From IMG/VR virus record IMGVR_UViG_3300046615_000177, positions 32,001-96,000 of that record: a stretch of DNA of 64,000 bases, one strand, 5' to 3'. A program made the position numbers and the translations under genes. Source of the DNA: a virus (Duplodnaviria; Caudoviricetes). This document shows positions 19,666 to 28,862 of this stretch, one piece after another. The notes below the pieces were generated by a model, which was not told where the DNA came from, did not search any database, and was given only the letters and a program-made list of their open reading frames with translations. Within the stretch, counting starts at the first letter, position 1, and every line of letters begins with the position of its first letter.

Positions 19666-20041
19666 ACATTCGGCAAGCCATGCAGCACTAAGTCTCTCCA
19701 GCCACTTCCGAAGACCTCTCCGACGTATAGCGCTCAGATGCCTCACCCTATCTACGTTCCTGCACAACTTTGCACATATTTACTTCCGAAGCTCAGCTAC
19801 CAATCCGCCACGACTCCGCTGAGGCTCCACCGCTCTACCTTACAAAATTTGACAGTACATTAAAAATAATGCCTTATATAAGAGAGGTCTTTACTCTCCC
19901 TTGACTTAACAACTATTTTGGTCCGTCGTTTAATATAGATTTATGTACACTATACCCTATGGGGGTATATTTGTAAGATACTAGGAGATGGTAACTACTG
20001 GTAGCTGTCTGATAATCAGAGAAATAATCAAACTTTTGCAA

Positions 20042-20205
20042 ATTCAGTACGAGTTGGTACGGAATACTCACATGTTTTCATTTTTTATTTTTCAATTTGA
20101 AAAAAATATTTTTTATTTTTTGAAAAAAGAAAAAATAATTCGTGGGGGGAGGGGGGGTATATTTTCTGTGTGACACCCGTTATTCAGTACGTACTCGTAC
20201 GGAAT
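20042..20205. repeat. Two 24-bp imperfect palindromes ATTCAGTAC-N6-GTACGGAAT flanking an AT tract
   Basis: Copies at 20042-20065 and 20182-20205. Confidence 0.8.
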
Positions 20206-20335
20206 TGATAAAAGTTGACCGAAAAAGCATTTTTCAGGGGTGTGGTATGCCGTCGAATCCGTCGAATTTGTCGATTTGGTAGGGGTGGGGGTATACGTCC
20301 GGGTAGCCAAGGGTACCCTCATGGGGTATAAAAGG

Positions 20336-20360
20336 AAAAACCCCGCCGGGGTGGGCGGGG
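20336..20360 (-). terminator. Rho-independent terminator
   Basis: Minus-strand GC stem CCCCGCC...GGCGGGG followed by TTTTT. Confidence 0.75.
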
Positions 20361-20479
20361 CATTCTCTGGGGTATATGCGGTTGTGTTCCGTTTGGGGTA
20401 TGCCTTATATTACCCTGCCTGTTGCCGGATAAACAAGGCCCAATATTTCCCTTGTTGTCGATCTTCCGAAGCGCGGAGC

Positions 20480-20893
20480 CTATGGTGTAGTAGGTTCGTC
20501 GATTGGCGCCGCCGGATTATCCGGGTCTGCATCCACCCAGTCCGGGTTAGGCTCAGTGCCCAGTACAGTCTCCACTCGTGAGTATGATAGGTATCCGTCA
20601 ATTAGCGGGCTGAATGCTCCCTCAATTCCGGTGTCTCCCACAATAGCATCCCACGCCTCCACGGTTAGTGCGCCTAGTGTAATACGGGCGTTGATGATTG
20701 CTGCCGCGCCCTCGGCAACTCTGCCTACCTGTGCCAAGATAGCAAGGGGTTTCTCCATCAGTGTTAGGTCTGCCCGCGAGTAGAAGCGAATGACCTCCAC
20801 CGAATCTCCGCTGGCCTTATTCTGGAGTGCAATGGTTTTACGCTCCGTTGGTTTGCCGACATCCAAAGTCAGCACTGTTGCCACAATTGCCAT
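20480..20893 (-). CDS. Hypothetical protein
   Basis: RBS GGGAGAGG before the ATG at 20893. Confidence 0.65.
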   Translation of the reverse strand: MAIVATVLTLDVGKPTERKTIALQNKASGDSVEVIRFYSRADLTLMEKPLAILAQVGRVAEGAAAIINARITLGALTVEAWDAIVGDTGIEGAFSPLIDGYLSYSRVETVLGTEPNPDWVDADPDNPAAPIDEPTTP

Positions 20894-20929
20894 GTCTATC
20901 CTCTCCCTTCGGAAGCATGATAACACGGG

Positions 20930-21745
20930 TTATCCGCCGACGTATATAGCGTTTCCCGGGATGTGATCGTCATTCACTGACACCTGTGTTACCGGGATTC
21001 CCCTGTAGTGGGTGAGCTTGCCCGCTATTTTCTTATCCGGGTATGGTTTTGTGATTTCCGCATATAGTTCGTCGTAAGCGACGTGTCCCAGCACAATAAT
21101 TGCAGGAGGAAAACCAACCGCCTTCGTGTGTCCTTGTATTTTACGCCGCAGCTCTTGCTCCGGCGACCACGAGCTGCCCTTTCCGAAGAATGGGGTTCCC
21201 GCAGGTACCGCCGCATCCTCGGTCAGCCCCTCGTAGTATGTTTTAGGAGTCGGCGCGGGTGGTACCGTTGGCAGGGTATCGTTCATCTCTTGTAGTGCCC
21301 TGTGCGTGTGGGTGTCTTCGAATCTCCCGTTCGCAGCGCCTCCGGCCGTTTCTGTGATCATCTCCCCGTGGAGCGATTTAACCGCAGCGTAGGTAATCAT
21401 CGTGTCAGAGAATTGCCTAACCGCCGCCTCCCCTTGCGCCATATAATTGGGCGCCTGCCGCAGCTCGGTAGCTTCGTATTTAGCGAACATATGCTCGTAT
21501 TGCTCAATCTCCGGTGCACTGAATACAGGGACATGGGCATCCTGCGCCTCGCTCCAGCGCATGAGGTAGCTAGTCTTTTGTACCTGCACAGCTGGTCGTC
21601 TGTGCGCCCACATTGCCTTAATTATTTCCTCCTGCGTCGGGTAGTGGTCGAACGCTCCACAGAAGAGGTTGCCATCTGCTGCTCGCAGCTCAAATACTTC
21701 CTTGGTAGTATCCTTGCCGCGCTTGCTCTCATCATTCGTAATCAT
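20930..21745 (-). CDS. Hypothetical protein
   Basis: 271-aa ORF, ATGA overlap. Confidence 0.7.
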   Translation of the reverse strand: MITNDESKRGKDTTKEVFELRAADGNLFCGAFDHYPTQEEIIKAMWAHRRPAVQVQKTSYLMRWSEAQDAHVPVFSAPEIEQYEHMFAKYEATELRQAPNYMAQGEAAVRQFSDTMITYAAVKSLHGEMITETAGGAANGRFEDTHTHRALQEMNDTLPTVPPAPTPKTYYEGLTEDAAVPAGTPFFGKGSSWSPEQELRRKIQGHTKAVGFPPAIIVLGHVAYDELYAEITKPYPDKKIAGKLTHYRGIPVTQVSVNDDHIPGNAIYVGG

Positions 21746-21981
21746 TGGTCATGTCCTCCTTTAGTTTGTGGCTCAATGCGGCTGCGCAGCACCGGAGCCT
21801 CTTTGTTCATTTGCTCGTAGCGGTTGATTTCCCGCTGCGTGTTGCTCCCGGAACGTTCCTCCAGCCGTCTGGCATCCCTCATGGGCTGCACGGCGCGGGT
21901 GTCCAGCATAATGTTCTGACAATCCCTTGCTCCCTTGTCTGCGGGCAGCTTGGCTCTTCTCCCTGTCCGCTGCTTGGTCAT
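21742..21981 (-). CDS. Hypothetical protein
   Basis: ATGA overlaps at both ends. Confidence 0.55.
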   Translation of the reverse strand: MTKQRTGRRAKLPADKGARDCQNIMLDTRAVQPMRDARRLEERSGSNTQREINRYEQMNKEAPVLRSRIEPQTKGGHDQ

Positions 21982-22169
21982 TTGGCGAGCAGGTTGGCTG
22001 CTGCCTCTTTGATGGCCTCGATCTGCTCCGCGTCAGATAGCGCAGCGAACGCCTCAACAACGTCATCCGGCACACTCTCGTATGCACCTTCCAGCTCAAC
22101 GAGGTTGCTCATAAAGTCGTACTCGCTGTTAGACAGCCAGTCAATAACAGTCTGCTGGTCATCAGTCAT
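21978..22169 (-). CDS. Hypothetical acidic protein
   Basis: RBS AGGAG. Confidence 0.65.
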   Translation of the reverse strand: MTDDQQTVIDWLSNSEYDFMSNLVELEGAYESVPDDVVEAFAALSDAEQIEAIKEAAANLLAK

Positions 22170-22188
22170 TTACCACATCTCCTATCTG

Positions 22189-22485
22189 CTAGATGGTCTC
22201 TTCCAGCGCCTCTACCGCGCTTCCGAAGTCATCGAATGACTCCTGTATCTGCCCCAGTGCCTCCTTAAGGCGCTCTAATACTTCCATGCGGCTGTTGTAG
22301 GTTTCCAGCCGCTCTGACAGTGTAGCTCCCAGTTCTTCCATGCTGTCCAAACGGTCAATCTTCTGCTCCAGCTCGTCCGCTAATTCCTCATAAAGCTCAG
22401 TCAGCCGTGCTACCTCGTCCAGCGGGAAAGCGGCTGTAAGCGCCGCCGCCTCCTTGACTGCCTTCTGGGTGTCTTGCTTATTCAT
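22189..22485 (-). CDS. Hypothetical coiled-coil protein
   Basis: Heptad-rich ORF, ATGA overlap. Confidence 0.65.
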   Translation of the reverse strand: MNKQDTQKAVKEAAALTAAFPLDEVARLTELYEELADELEQKIDRLDSMEELGATLSERLETYNSRMEVLERLKEALGQIQESFDDFGSAVEALEETI

Positions 22486-23120
22486 GGCTCATTACTTTCT
22501 TCGTATCCGCCCCATACCTTGATGCCCTTGATACCCGGAACCTCCATTAGCCGCACCGAATCGTATGTTAGCGTAGTCGTTGCACCTGAAGGTACTTTGC
22601 CTAGTACTCTGCCTACATCGGCGCGCTTCGATTTCCGATCCACGACTTGGTAGGCTTCGGAAGACAGGAACACGAAATCCGGCGTTCTACGTGCAGGAGC
22701 ACCCGGTGGAAGTGGCTTTGCTCCGTAGATTGCGGCATGCACCAGTAGCTCTACATCTGGCGGGGAGTACAGCACGGGATGCTCGTTGCCCATGCGGATA
22801 ATGAAATCTTCCCGCAGCTCTGCGCGTGGCTCCCAGCAAAATGCCTCGACGAGTCTGCGATGCTCCATCTCCGGGTTAAGCTGCTCTGTTACGATAATGG
22901 TGCGGCTAATGGAGTCCGTCACGTCATGCTGCTGCGTGCTCATGTAGTCCATCTGCACAGCCTCACCGCTTGGGTTTACATAAATTATTGCGAGCACTCG
23001 CACGTCATACTGAAGTCTACGCCCTTGGGTGCGAGCCTTCAGGGTCTGGAACAGCTCACCAACTTTCATGGACTTCGGAAACTCGTAAGGCTTAGGCACA
23101 GTGCCTGATTGATCTGTCAT
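22482..23120 (-). CDS. Hypothetical protein
   Basis: RBS AAAGGAG. Confidence 0.7.
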   Translation of the reverse strand: MTDQSGTVPKPYEFPKSMKVGELFQTLKARTQGRRLQYDVRVLAIIYVNPSGEAVQMDYMSTQQHDVTDSISRTIIVTEQLNPEMEHRRLVEAFCWEPRAELREDFIIRMGNEHPVLYSPPDVELLVHAAIYGAKPLPPGAPARRTPDFVFLSSEAYQVVDRKSKRADVGRVLGKVPSGATTTLTYDSVRLMEVPGIKGIKVWGGYEESNEP

Positions 23121-23150
23121 GGCTTGATCTCTCCTTTAGGTGTAGTGTAC

Positions 23151-23765
23151 TTACAAGCTAAGCTGCTGCTTTAACGAACGGTTGATAAACTCGGCAGCAA
23201 ATGCGGCCTGCGCCTCCTGCTGTGGATCAATAGGCTTTCCACTCTTACTGATCAGCACGACAACCCCCTGAGTGTCGTCTTCGATACCACCAATGCGGCG
23301 CAGGTGGTAAGAGTGGGAAGGGATCGTACCCCATCCGCTATCGAGGTCAAGCTCACCCGGGTCGCATAGCTTCAGGTACGCGCGGTCTCCTTCAATCGCA
23401 CTGATCGTGCATTTAACACTATCCGTTCTTAAGAAGTCACTGATATCCTCCCCTACACTACTGCCCGAAGGGATACGCTGAAGCCCGCGAGTGACTATTA
23501 CCTCGGCCGTGTCTGTAATGACGACCGCGCAATCGCTTGACTGGAACAGGGACTCTGCAATTGTGGAGGCGTGGTCCGCAATATTGCCTACAGTGCTATA
23601 CCGCCGCATTAGTACAGAACCATCCTTACCCAGCATGATCTCCAAGGGGTCACCCTCCCGCGCGTGCATAGCGCGGCGGATATCTTTAGGGATTACGACG
23701 CGTCCAAGGTCGTCGATACGGCGTACAATCCCTGTAGCTCTCCATTCATTTGATGCTGTTGACAT
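23151..23765 (-). CDS. spoVT: SpoVT-like regulator (AbrB domain + GAF-like domain)
   Basis: RATGIVRRIDDLGRVVIPKDIRR...EGDPLEI; C-terminal VVITD, GVVVLISK and AAFAAEFI match the SpoVT architecture. Confidence 0.85.
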   Translation of the reverse strand: MSTASNEWRATGIVRRIDDLGRVVIPKDIRRAMHAREGDPLEIMLGKDGSVLMRRYSTVGNIADHASTIAESLFQSSDCAVVITDTAEVIVTRGLQRIPSGSSVGEDISDFLRTDSVKCTISAIEGDRAYLKLCDPGELDLDSGWGTIPSHSYHLRRIGGIEDDTQGVVVLISKSGKPIDPQQEAQAAFAAEFINRSLKQQLSL

Positions 23766-23920
23766 ATGTGTATCCTCCTCATTTTGGGGCTTACTTAATG
23801 CGCTTCGTTTTATATGACAGGGTCATCCGTATCAAGTAGCAGGCTTCGCGGGCTTCGTGGAATTCTCCCTTGTACGTCTGTTTCACCATGTTACGAAACA
23901 GGAACCATAACAGCCTCGCC

Positions 23921-24592
23921 TTATCCCGCATCTTCGCCACCATCAGACTTCGGAAGCTCGAATGGGTTAGCTACTAACAGCTTGTGCTCCCAGCTCATGG
24001 CGTTGTACGTCTCATGGCATTCCGTGCAATTGCACGAGTTGACAATTACTTTTTCTTTTAGGTCATAGTTACCCCTCAGGGTGTCCCCCAGTAGAGCGTC
24101 GCATCGGGCGCAGCTTACCTGCGCCATGGATGTGCGGACAACGTTGCTGTGCCCCAGTATGGCGCACACCACAGCAGGCGTGCGAGGATCGGATAGGGTC
24201 AGGCCAAGCTGCGCCAGCAAGTGCAGGAGCTGGTGACTTCCGTAGATGCCCGCCTCTTCCTTGACGGTGACGGCCTTGTCATCCCAGTACTCATGCGCGT
24301 AGATTTTAGGACTCCGGCCCTCAAACCAGCGGAATGTCGACGGGTGATGCTCGTTGAAGTACTTAATCGGCAGGTTGTACTCCTTGATGACCTGCTTGGC
24401 ATCCTCCAGCTTATAGCCTGAGCGGCAGGTCCACAGCACGAACTCCGTGTGCGGGTTGGCGGCGAGCTGCCCTTTCATCCGGTCAACCGTGGACTGAATA
24501 ATGTGGCCTTTGGTAATGTCCGGCCAGCCGCCAGCATAGATGCAGTCATCGAAGTCGATAGCGATAATGTACAGCGGGTCGCGCTCTTTCAT
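23921..24592 (-). CDS. HAD-like hydrolase with Cys-rich C-terminus
   Basis: IIAIDFDDCI, LWTCR, KIYAHEYWDDKA; start placed at ATG 24592 (uncertain). Confidence 0.7.
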   Translation of the reverse strand: MKERDPLYIIAIDFDDCIYAGGWPDITKGHIIQSTVDRMKGQLAANPHTEFVLWTCRSGYKLEDAKQVIKEYNLPIKYFNEHHPSTFRWFEGRSPKIYAHEYWDDKAVTVKEEAGIYGSHQLLHLLAQLGLTLSDPRTPAVVCAILGHSNVVRTSMAQVSCARCDALLGDTLRGNYDLKEKVIVNSCNCTECHETYNAMSWEHKLLVANPFELPKSDGGEDAG

Positions 24593-24620
24593 AGGCTCGT
24601 TCCTCGTTTCGTAGTATTTA

Positions 24621-25169
24621 TTAAGGTCTTCGGAAGTTAAGGGTGTGCTGCGGCCAAGCGCTCCGCGTGGCTTCGGGTTCGTTCTTCTCCCTCCAGCGCC
24701 TGTCGAGCTGTTCACATTTCGCCTCCATCGCAGATGCGAGGTCAATGCCTAAGTAGTCTGCCGCGACTGCGATGTTCCACACCATGTCAGACAGCTCGTA
24801 CCCGATAAGCCTCAGACGTATGTCGCGCGGCCCATCTTCAATGCGGACCCCTTCTAACCGGATAATCTCCTTGGCTACTTCTCCAAGTTCGGAAGTAAGG
24901 TGCAGCATGCGGTTCGCTATGGGTACGTCGTACAGACCGTGCTGCTTGGCTGATTCAGCTACCCGCGCCTGATACTCACTCATTCCATACTTCGGAAGTT
25001 CGGCACTGCCACTCTTCGGAAGTACAGTGGGTAAGCAGTCAGAACAATAGTTGATTACCATGTCCACGCCGTGGGACTCTCCGCATACCTTGCATGTGCC
25101 ACTTGGCACCGGGTGCCCTACCCATTCGTGCAGAGGCTTGCACTTCTCGCAGTTACATATCTCTTTCAT
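24621..25169 (-). CDS. MazG-like nucleotide pyrophosphohydrolase with N-terminal zinc finger
   Basis: HLTSELGEVAK...ELSDMVWNI...GIDL. Confidence 0.8.
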   Translation of the reverse strand: MKEICNCEKCKPLHEWVGHPVPSGTCKVCGESHGVDMVINYCSDCLPTVLPKSGSAELPKYGMSEYQARVAESAKQHGLYDVPIANRMLHLTSELGEVAKEIIRLEGVRIEDGPRDIRLRLIGYELSDMVWNIAVAADYLGIDLASAMEAKCEQLDRRWREKNEPEATRSAWPQHTLNFRRP

Positions 25170-25320
25170 TCTTGATCGTCCTCCTTTGATTCGTCCGTAT
25201 TATGTTCGCTGTTGTACAGCCTCTCTGCCCGCTCCCGGGCGTCGGCCTTGCTGAAGGCAAATACGTTATACTTTTCGCCCTTGTGTATCACGGTGTACAC
25301 ACGCATCGGTAGCCACATGT

Positions 25321-25527
25321 TCATAGATCATGTTCCGAAGTGTAGTGCACAGACTTCTCGCACGAGGGGCACGACGGCGGACAAGAGTAGCTGCTGGTTG
25401 TGAAGAACTTCTCCCCACAGTCCTTGTCGTCACACTGGCACTCGTACAACCGCATGCCCAGCACGTCAATGATGCGGCCGCTTGCTGTGTAGGTAACGTT
25501 GGCGGCGTGACTGTGCTTTGTAGTCAT
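25321..25527 (-). CDS. Small zinc-finger protein
   Basis: YECQCDDKDCG...CPSC. Confidence 0.6.
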   Translation of the reverse strand: MTTKHSHAANVTYTASGRIIDVLGMRLYECQCDDKDCGEKFFTTSSYSCPPSCPSCEKSVHYTSEHDL

Positions 25528-26183
25528 AGATCGTCATCCTCTCCGATATCCCACATCACCCATGCAGTACGTTTCTGCCCACGGTCGAAGTATTTGAAGT
25601 TAGCCGTAATCCACTTAAGCTGCGCCACGGTGGCTCCGCTGAATTCGAGGTTAAGCCCGCCCAGCTTTGGGGAGGTAGTAATGATTCCGTCTCCGTCTTC
25701 ATTCGGGTCAGCCTCACCCCTGTACCGCCGGACGCCGGAGAAGTAGATGAAGGTGAACTGCTCTTCGAAGGTGTAGTCACGCAGCACCAGCGCATGCTCA
25801 GTACTCGCGCATTTCAGGAACACCCCATTTGGCAGCAGTACCCCGCTGACTCCCATGCCTTCCTCGAATTCGTACTGCGTAGCAAGGTCTGCGCCGCTCA
25901 GCGCCTTCTGCTTCATGTACCAATCGGCCAAGCTACGGGGATCGGCAGTAAGGCTCATGCCGACTGTCATTCCCCTATTCACCATGTGCACCAGTATGCT
26001 TCGGAACTCTTCACCGATTAGCTCCTTAATCTCGTACTCTGCCGCGACCTCGTCCACAATCTGGGATGCATGGTACTCGCTGTGCATCTTTAAGGCTTCC
26101 GCAATCTGATCGTTTGAGAGTCCGAACGCCCCGCCCACTCTGCGCGGGATAACAGGGTCTTTCTTGTGCTCTTCTTCAGCCAC
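25524..26183 (-). CDS. Hypothetical protein
   Basis: GTG start after GGAGG. Confidence 0.65.
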   Translation of the reverse strand: MAEEEHKKDPVIPRRVGGAFGLSNDQIAEALKMHSEYHASQIVDEVAAEYEIKELIGEEFRSILVHMVNRGMTVGMSLTADPRSLADWYMKQKALSGADLATQYEFEEGMGVSGVLLPNGVFLKCASTEHALVLRDYTFEEQFTFIYFSGVRRYRGEADPNEDGDGIITTSPKLGGLNLEFSGATVAQLKWITANFKYFDRGQKRTAWVMWDIGEDDDL

Positions 26184-26475
26184 AGACGGGCACCTCCACC
26201 ACGGGCACCGGGACGCCCAGCAGCTCTGCGAGGGTGTCATAGTGAGCCTGCATGTCATCCCGCTGCTGCCGCAGAATAGGTAATCTGTGCTTGGCCCGGT
26301 GCTTCAAGGTCTCATACGCCTTGTCCGACCGGAATGGACCGTTGTCCACAAGGCGCGCTACTTTCTCCATATGCTGAACCTGTGCGTTGAAATTTTTCAG
26401 TTGCTCCGCTGCTTCCTTATACGCCCATTGGAGCGAGACGTTGACCTGCTGTGTTACGTTAATTTGAGTACTCAA
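26176..26475 (-). CDS. Hypothetical helical protein (paralog of 26472-26723)
   Basis: Shares LxWAY..A..QL...ME..AR...LP.L...H..TL.E.LG.P with its neighbour. Confidence 0.65.
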   Translation of the reverse strand: MSTQINVTQQVNVSLQWAYKEAAEQLKNFNAQVQHMEKVARLVDNGPFRSDKAYETLKHRAKHRLPILRQQRDDMQAHYDTLAELLGVPVPVVEVPVCG

Positions 26476-26723
26476 TGTTGCACCTCCGGTGGTAAGCCTA
26501 ACGCCTCAGACAGCGTCTTTACGTGGCGGGTTAATTCTGCATGCTCTGCGTACAGCTCCGGGAGCTTATCCTCACAGGCTCTACGGTAGGATTCCGATTG
26601 CGGCACATGGGGTGTAGGCCGGGCGTTGCTCTCCATCTGTGCAGTTATGCGCTTGTTCACGCTTAGCTGCGCGACGGCTTGGGTGTACGCCCACAGCATC
26701 GCGTCTATAAGCTGTTGTTCCAT
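26472..26723 (-). CDS. Hypothetical helical protein (paralog of 26176-26475)
   Basis: Same shared pattern as the adjacent paralog. Confidence 0.65.
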   Translation of the reverse strand: MEQQLIDAMLWAYTQAVAQLSVNKRITAQMESNARPTPHVPQSESYRRACEDKLPELYAEHAELTRHVKTLSEALGLPPEVQH

Positions 26724-26971
26724 TCGTCCACCATTTCCCTTCCTCGGGCGGTCAGTCTGGCTGCAAAGTAGGCCCGGCGACCTGTGCCGTCCGTTACGTC
26801 GATGAACTTCGGAAGCTCGTGAGTAGGTATGATTGTAATAGCTTCCGGGTGCAGCGCCTGCACCTCCCGGAGACGAACGGCTGATGCGTACTCGAACACG
26901 GTCGCGCCGTTGTCAATGATGTCCATGCACTCATAGTGATCGTCGGTTAAAGCGGTGAGTTTTTGGGCCAT
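26705..26971 (-). CDS. Hypothetical protein
   Basis: Packed ORF. Confidence 0.6.
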   Translation of the reverse strand: MAQKLTALTDDHYECMDIIDNGATVFEYASAVRLREVQALHPEAITIIPTHELPKFIDVTDGTGRRAYFAARLTARGREMVDEWNNSL

Positions 26972-27225
26972 GATTTAATCGTCACCTGCTCTCTTCTGGC
27001 CTCGTTGTACTTCTGAAGTACTTCGGGGTCTCCGTAAAGTGTGAATATTGCCATGCACTGGCGGCAATCCATTCCGACGTGTAGTGTACGATCAGGGGAC
27101 TCGACGATAATTACGCCGAATTTCCCCTCTCCCGGTTCGGGCTTGGCCGCCGATGCTGCACGCCCCGGCGAATGATTGCCACAGGTGCAGGTCATGGGAC
27201 CCATGGTGATGATGTTAGCGTTCAT
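26947..27225 (-). CDS. Hypothetical Cys-containing protein
   Basis: CTCG...CRQC, ATGA overlap. Confidence 0.6.
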   Translation of the reverse strand: MNANIITMGPMTCTCGNHSPGRAASAAKPEPGEGKFGVIIVESPDRTLHVGMDCRQCMAIFTLYGDPEVLQKYNEARREQVTIKSWPKNSPL

Positions 27226-27968
27226 TGTGCTGCCACCTCTCTATGGTTATCAATGTAGCTGTTCACGAACTGCTGTACATACTGGCCGCTCACGTAGCAG
27301 GCGATATTCAGGTACGTACCGTTCGCCTCTTTCATTACTGCATACGTAACGCCGACTACTTGCCCGCTGTAGTTAAGGATCGGACTGCCGGAGTTTCCGG
27401 GGCGCTGCATGATGCTAACCAGCCCCGTAGCAGGGTTCTCGATGATCCCTTCGTTGCGGCGCGGGTAAGTGCTACCCATGCTCTCCAGTGGGAATCCCAT
27501 TGCTGCAACGGGTGTCCCCGGAGCATCGACGCCGAATGCGAAGGGTGTCACATACTCGCCATCCTTCGCGTCAATCTCAAGCAGCGCTAAGTCTCTTGCA
27601 GTATCCACAGCGACGACGTTGGCGCTTATTGCTACTTTGCGGTGGTCCTTATCTCCGGTGTTGTAGTACAGATTAATGGCCGTCCGGCCATGGATATCTA
27701 CCACATGACGGTTCGTTACGAGCAGCGTCTTGGTTACAAAGAACGCGGTGCCCAGTGTGCTGTCGATGGCGGTAGTCACATCGTCAATAGGTCTCGCGGA
27801 CATCACATGTACTTCCGCTACGCTACCCCGCAGCGCATCGAGCGCCGGATAGGCCGCCTCTCCTACGACTGTTCCTGATACGACAGTACCTACGACGGGG
27901 TCAGCACATACGGTTTGACCTGCGAGCAGGATAGAGAGCATAACGGATAGGATAATTTTCTTAAACAT
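27222..27968 (-). CDS. Secreted trypsin-like serine protease
   Basis: Signal peptide MFKKIILSVMLSILLAG; catalytic triad motifs TNRHVV, DLALL and PGNSGSP. Confidence 0.88.
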   Translation of the reverse strand: MFKKIILSVMLSILLAGQTVCADPVVGTVVSGTVVGEAAYPALDALRGSVAEVHVMSARPIDDVTTAIDSTLGTAFFVTKTLLVTNRHVVDIHGRTAINLYYNTGDKDHRKVAISANVVAVDTARDLALLEIDAKDGEYVTPFAFGVDAPGTPVAAMGFPLESMGSTYPRRNEGIIENPATGLVSIMQRPGNSGSPILNYSGQVVGVTYAVMKEANGTYLNIACYVSGQYVQQFVNSYIDNHREVAAQ

Positions 27969-28008
27969 GATTCAACATCTCCTTTAGTGGGTATGGCAGG
28001 TCTCCCTG

Positions 28009-28046
28009 CTCATACCCACTATACACAGGCAACTCATGGAACTCTT
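28009..28046 (-). promoter_or_regulatory. Phage-specific promoter-like element, copy 1
   Basis: AAGAGTT-CCAT-GAG-TTG-CCTGTG-TATAGT-GGGT-ATGAG. Confidence 0.8.
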
Positions 28047-28497
28047 ACCAGTTAACGTCATCGGTCATAAACAGGTTGGCCTTATGGGGTGTGTTCGTCT
28101 CGTAGAACTCTTCACCCTTATCGTGGCCCCATTTCTTAGCCCACGCGCGACTCTTTTCGATGGTTAGCGCCCGGCTGTAGCGGTCGCCGGACTTGCCGCA
28201 GTCGTGGCAGTGTGACCGGGTAAAGTACAGTCCGCCGCCTTGCCATGGCTCGCCGTCTGTCTCTACGTTAGCGTGTGGGCAGTGGCGCTGTAGTGTTTCA
28301 AGCTCCCACTGAATAACGCGCCTACTGCCCTCTGCTGCCCGCTCCTCCATCTTCGCAGCTTCCAGCCGTTCCTCAATCCGCGCCCGTGCAATGCGCAGCT
28401 CTTCCGAAGGCAGGGACTTGATGTGTATCGGTAGGTAGGTCGGAGCTATGCCCCTCCTCAGGTTGATCGGTGTAGGTCCTTGCAATGCCTTTACCAT
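28045..28497 (-). CDS. Hypothetical protein with zinc finger
   Basis: CPH...CHDCG. Confidence 0.65.
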   Translation of the reverse strand: MVKALQGPTPINLRRGIAPTYLPIHIKSLPSEELRIARARIEERLEAAKMEERAAEGSRRVIQWELETLQRHCPHANVETDGEPWQGGGLYFTRSHCHDCGKSGDRYSRALTIEKSRAWAKKWGHDKGEEFYETNTPHKANLFMTDDVNW

Positions 28498-28862
28498 TGG
28501 ATCACATCCTTGTTCAAGTCTTTGACCTTCTGAAGTGCGTACTCGTGACGCTTCTCGCCCTCACATAGCGTTTTCCAGATCATGGAGCCTTCCACCAGTG
28601 CTGCACCATGCTCCGCGAGTAGGTGCGCTTTGACGGCCAAGATATGCTCCAGTGTCATCCCGCCCTCATTTGGCGGTTTTAAAGGGGACAGCGTGCGTCC
28701 TCGCTTGTCCCGCCATTTGTTGCTTGTAAGTACATCCTCTGTTCGATCCTCGCGCGACGGCAGGTACGGAGAGCCGCTGCTGTGGAACTTCTTTCCGCTC
28801 TTCGAGAACCACTCACCCTGATTCAGGGCGAGGTCCATATAGTAGTCCGCCATCTCACCCAT
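28491..28862 (-). CDS. Hypothetical protein
   Basis: MGEMADYY N-terminus, packed ORF. Confidence 0.65.
   Translation of the reverse strand: MGEMADYYMDLALNQGEWFSKSGKKFHSSGSPYLPSREDRTEDVLTSNKWRDKRGRTLSPLKPPNEGGMTLEHILAVKAHLLAEHGAALVEGSMIWKTLCEGEKRHEYALQKVKDLNKDVIQW

Larger units (their letters stand above)
19540..20479. other. Long AT-rich non-coding control region (candidate origin and/or packaging site)
   Basis: No credible ORF. A/T tracts at 20074-20140, two 24-bp palindromes, six GGGGTAT copies, 0A boxes. Confidence 0.65.

Noticed and set aside
19561-20601. Short ORFs in the AT-rich region
   Set aside because: Low-complexity translations without RBS; better explained as a control region.
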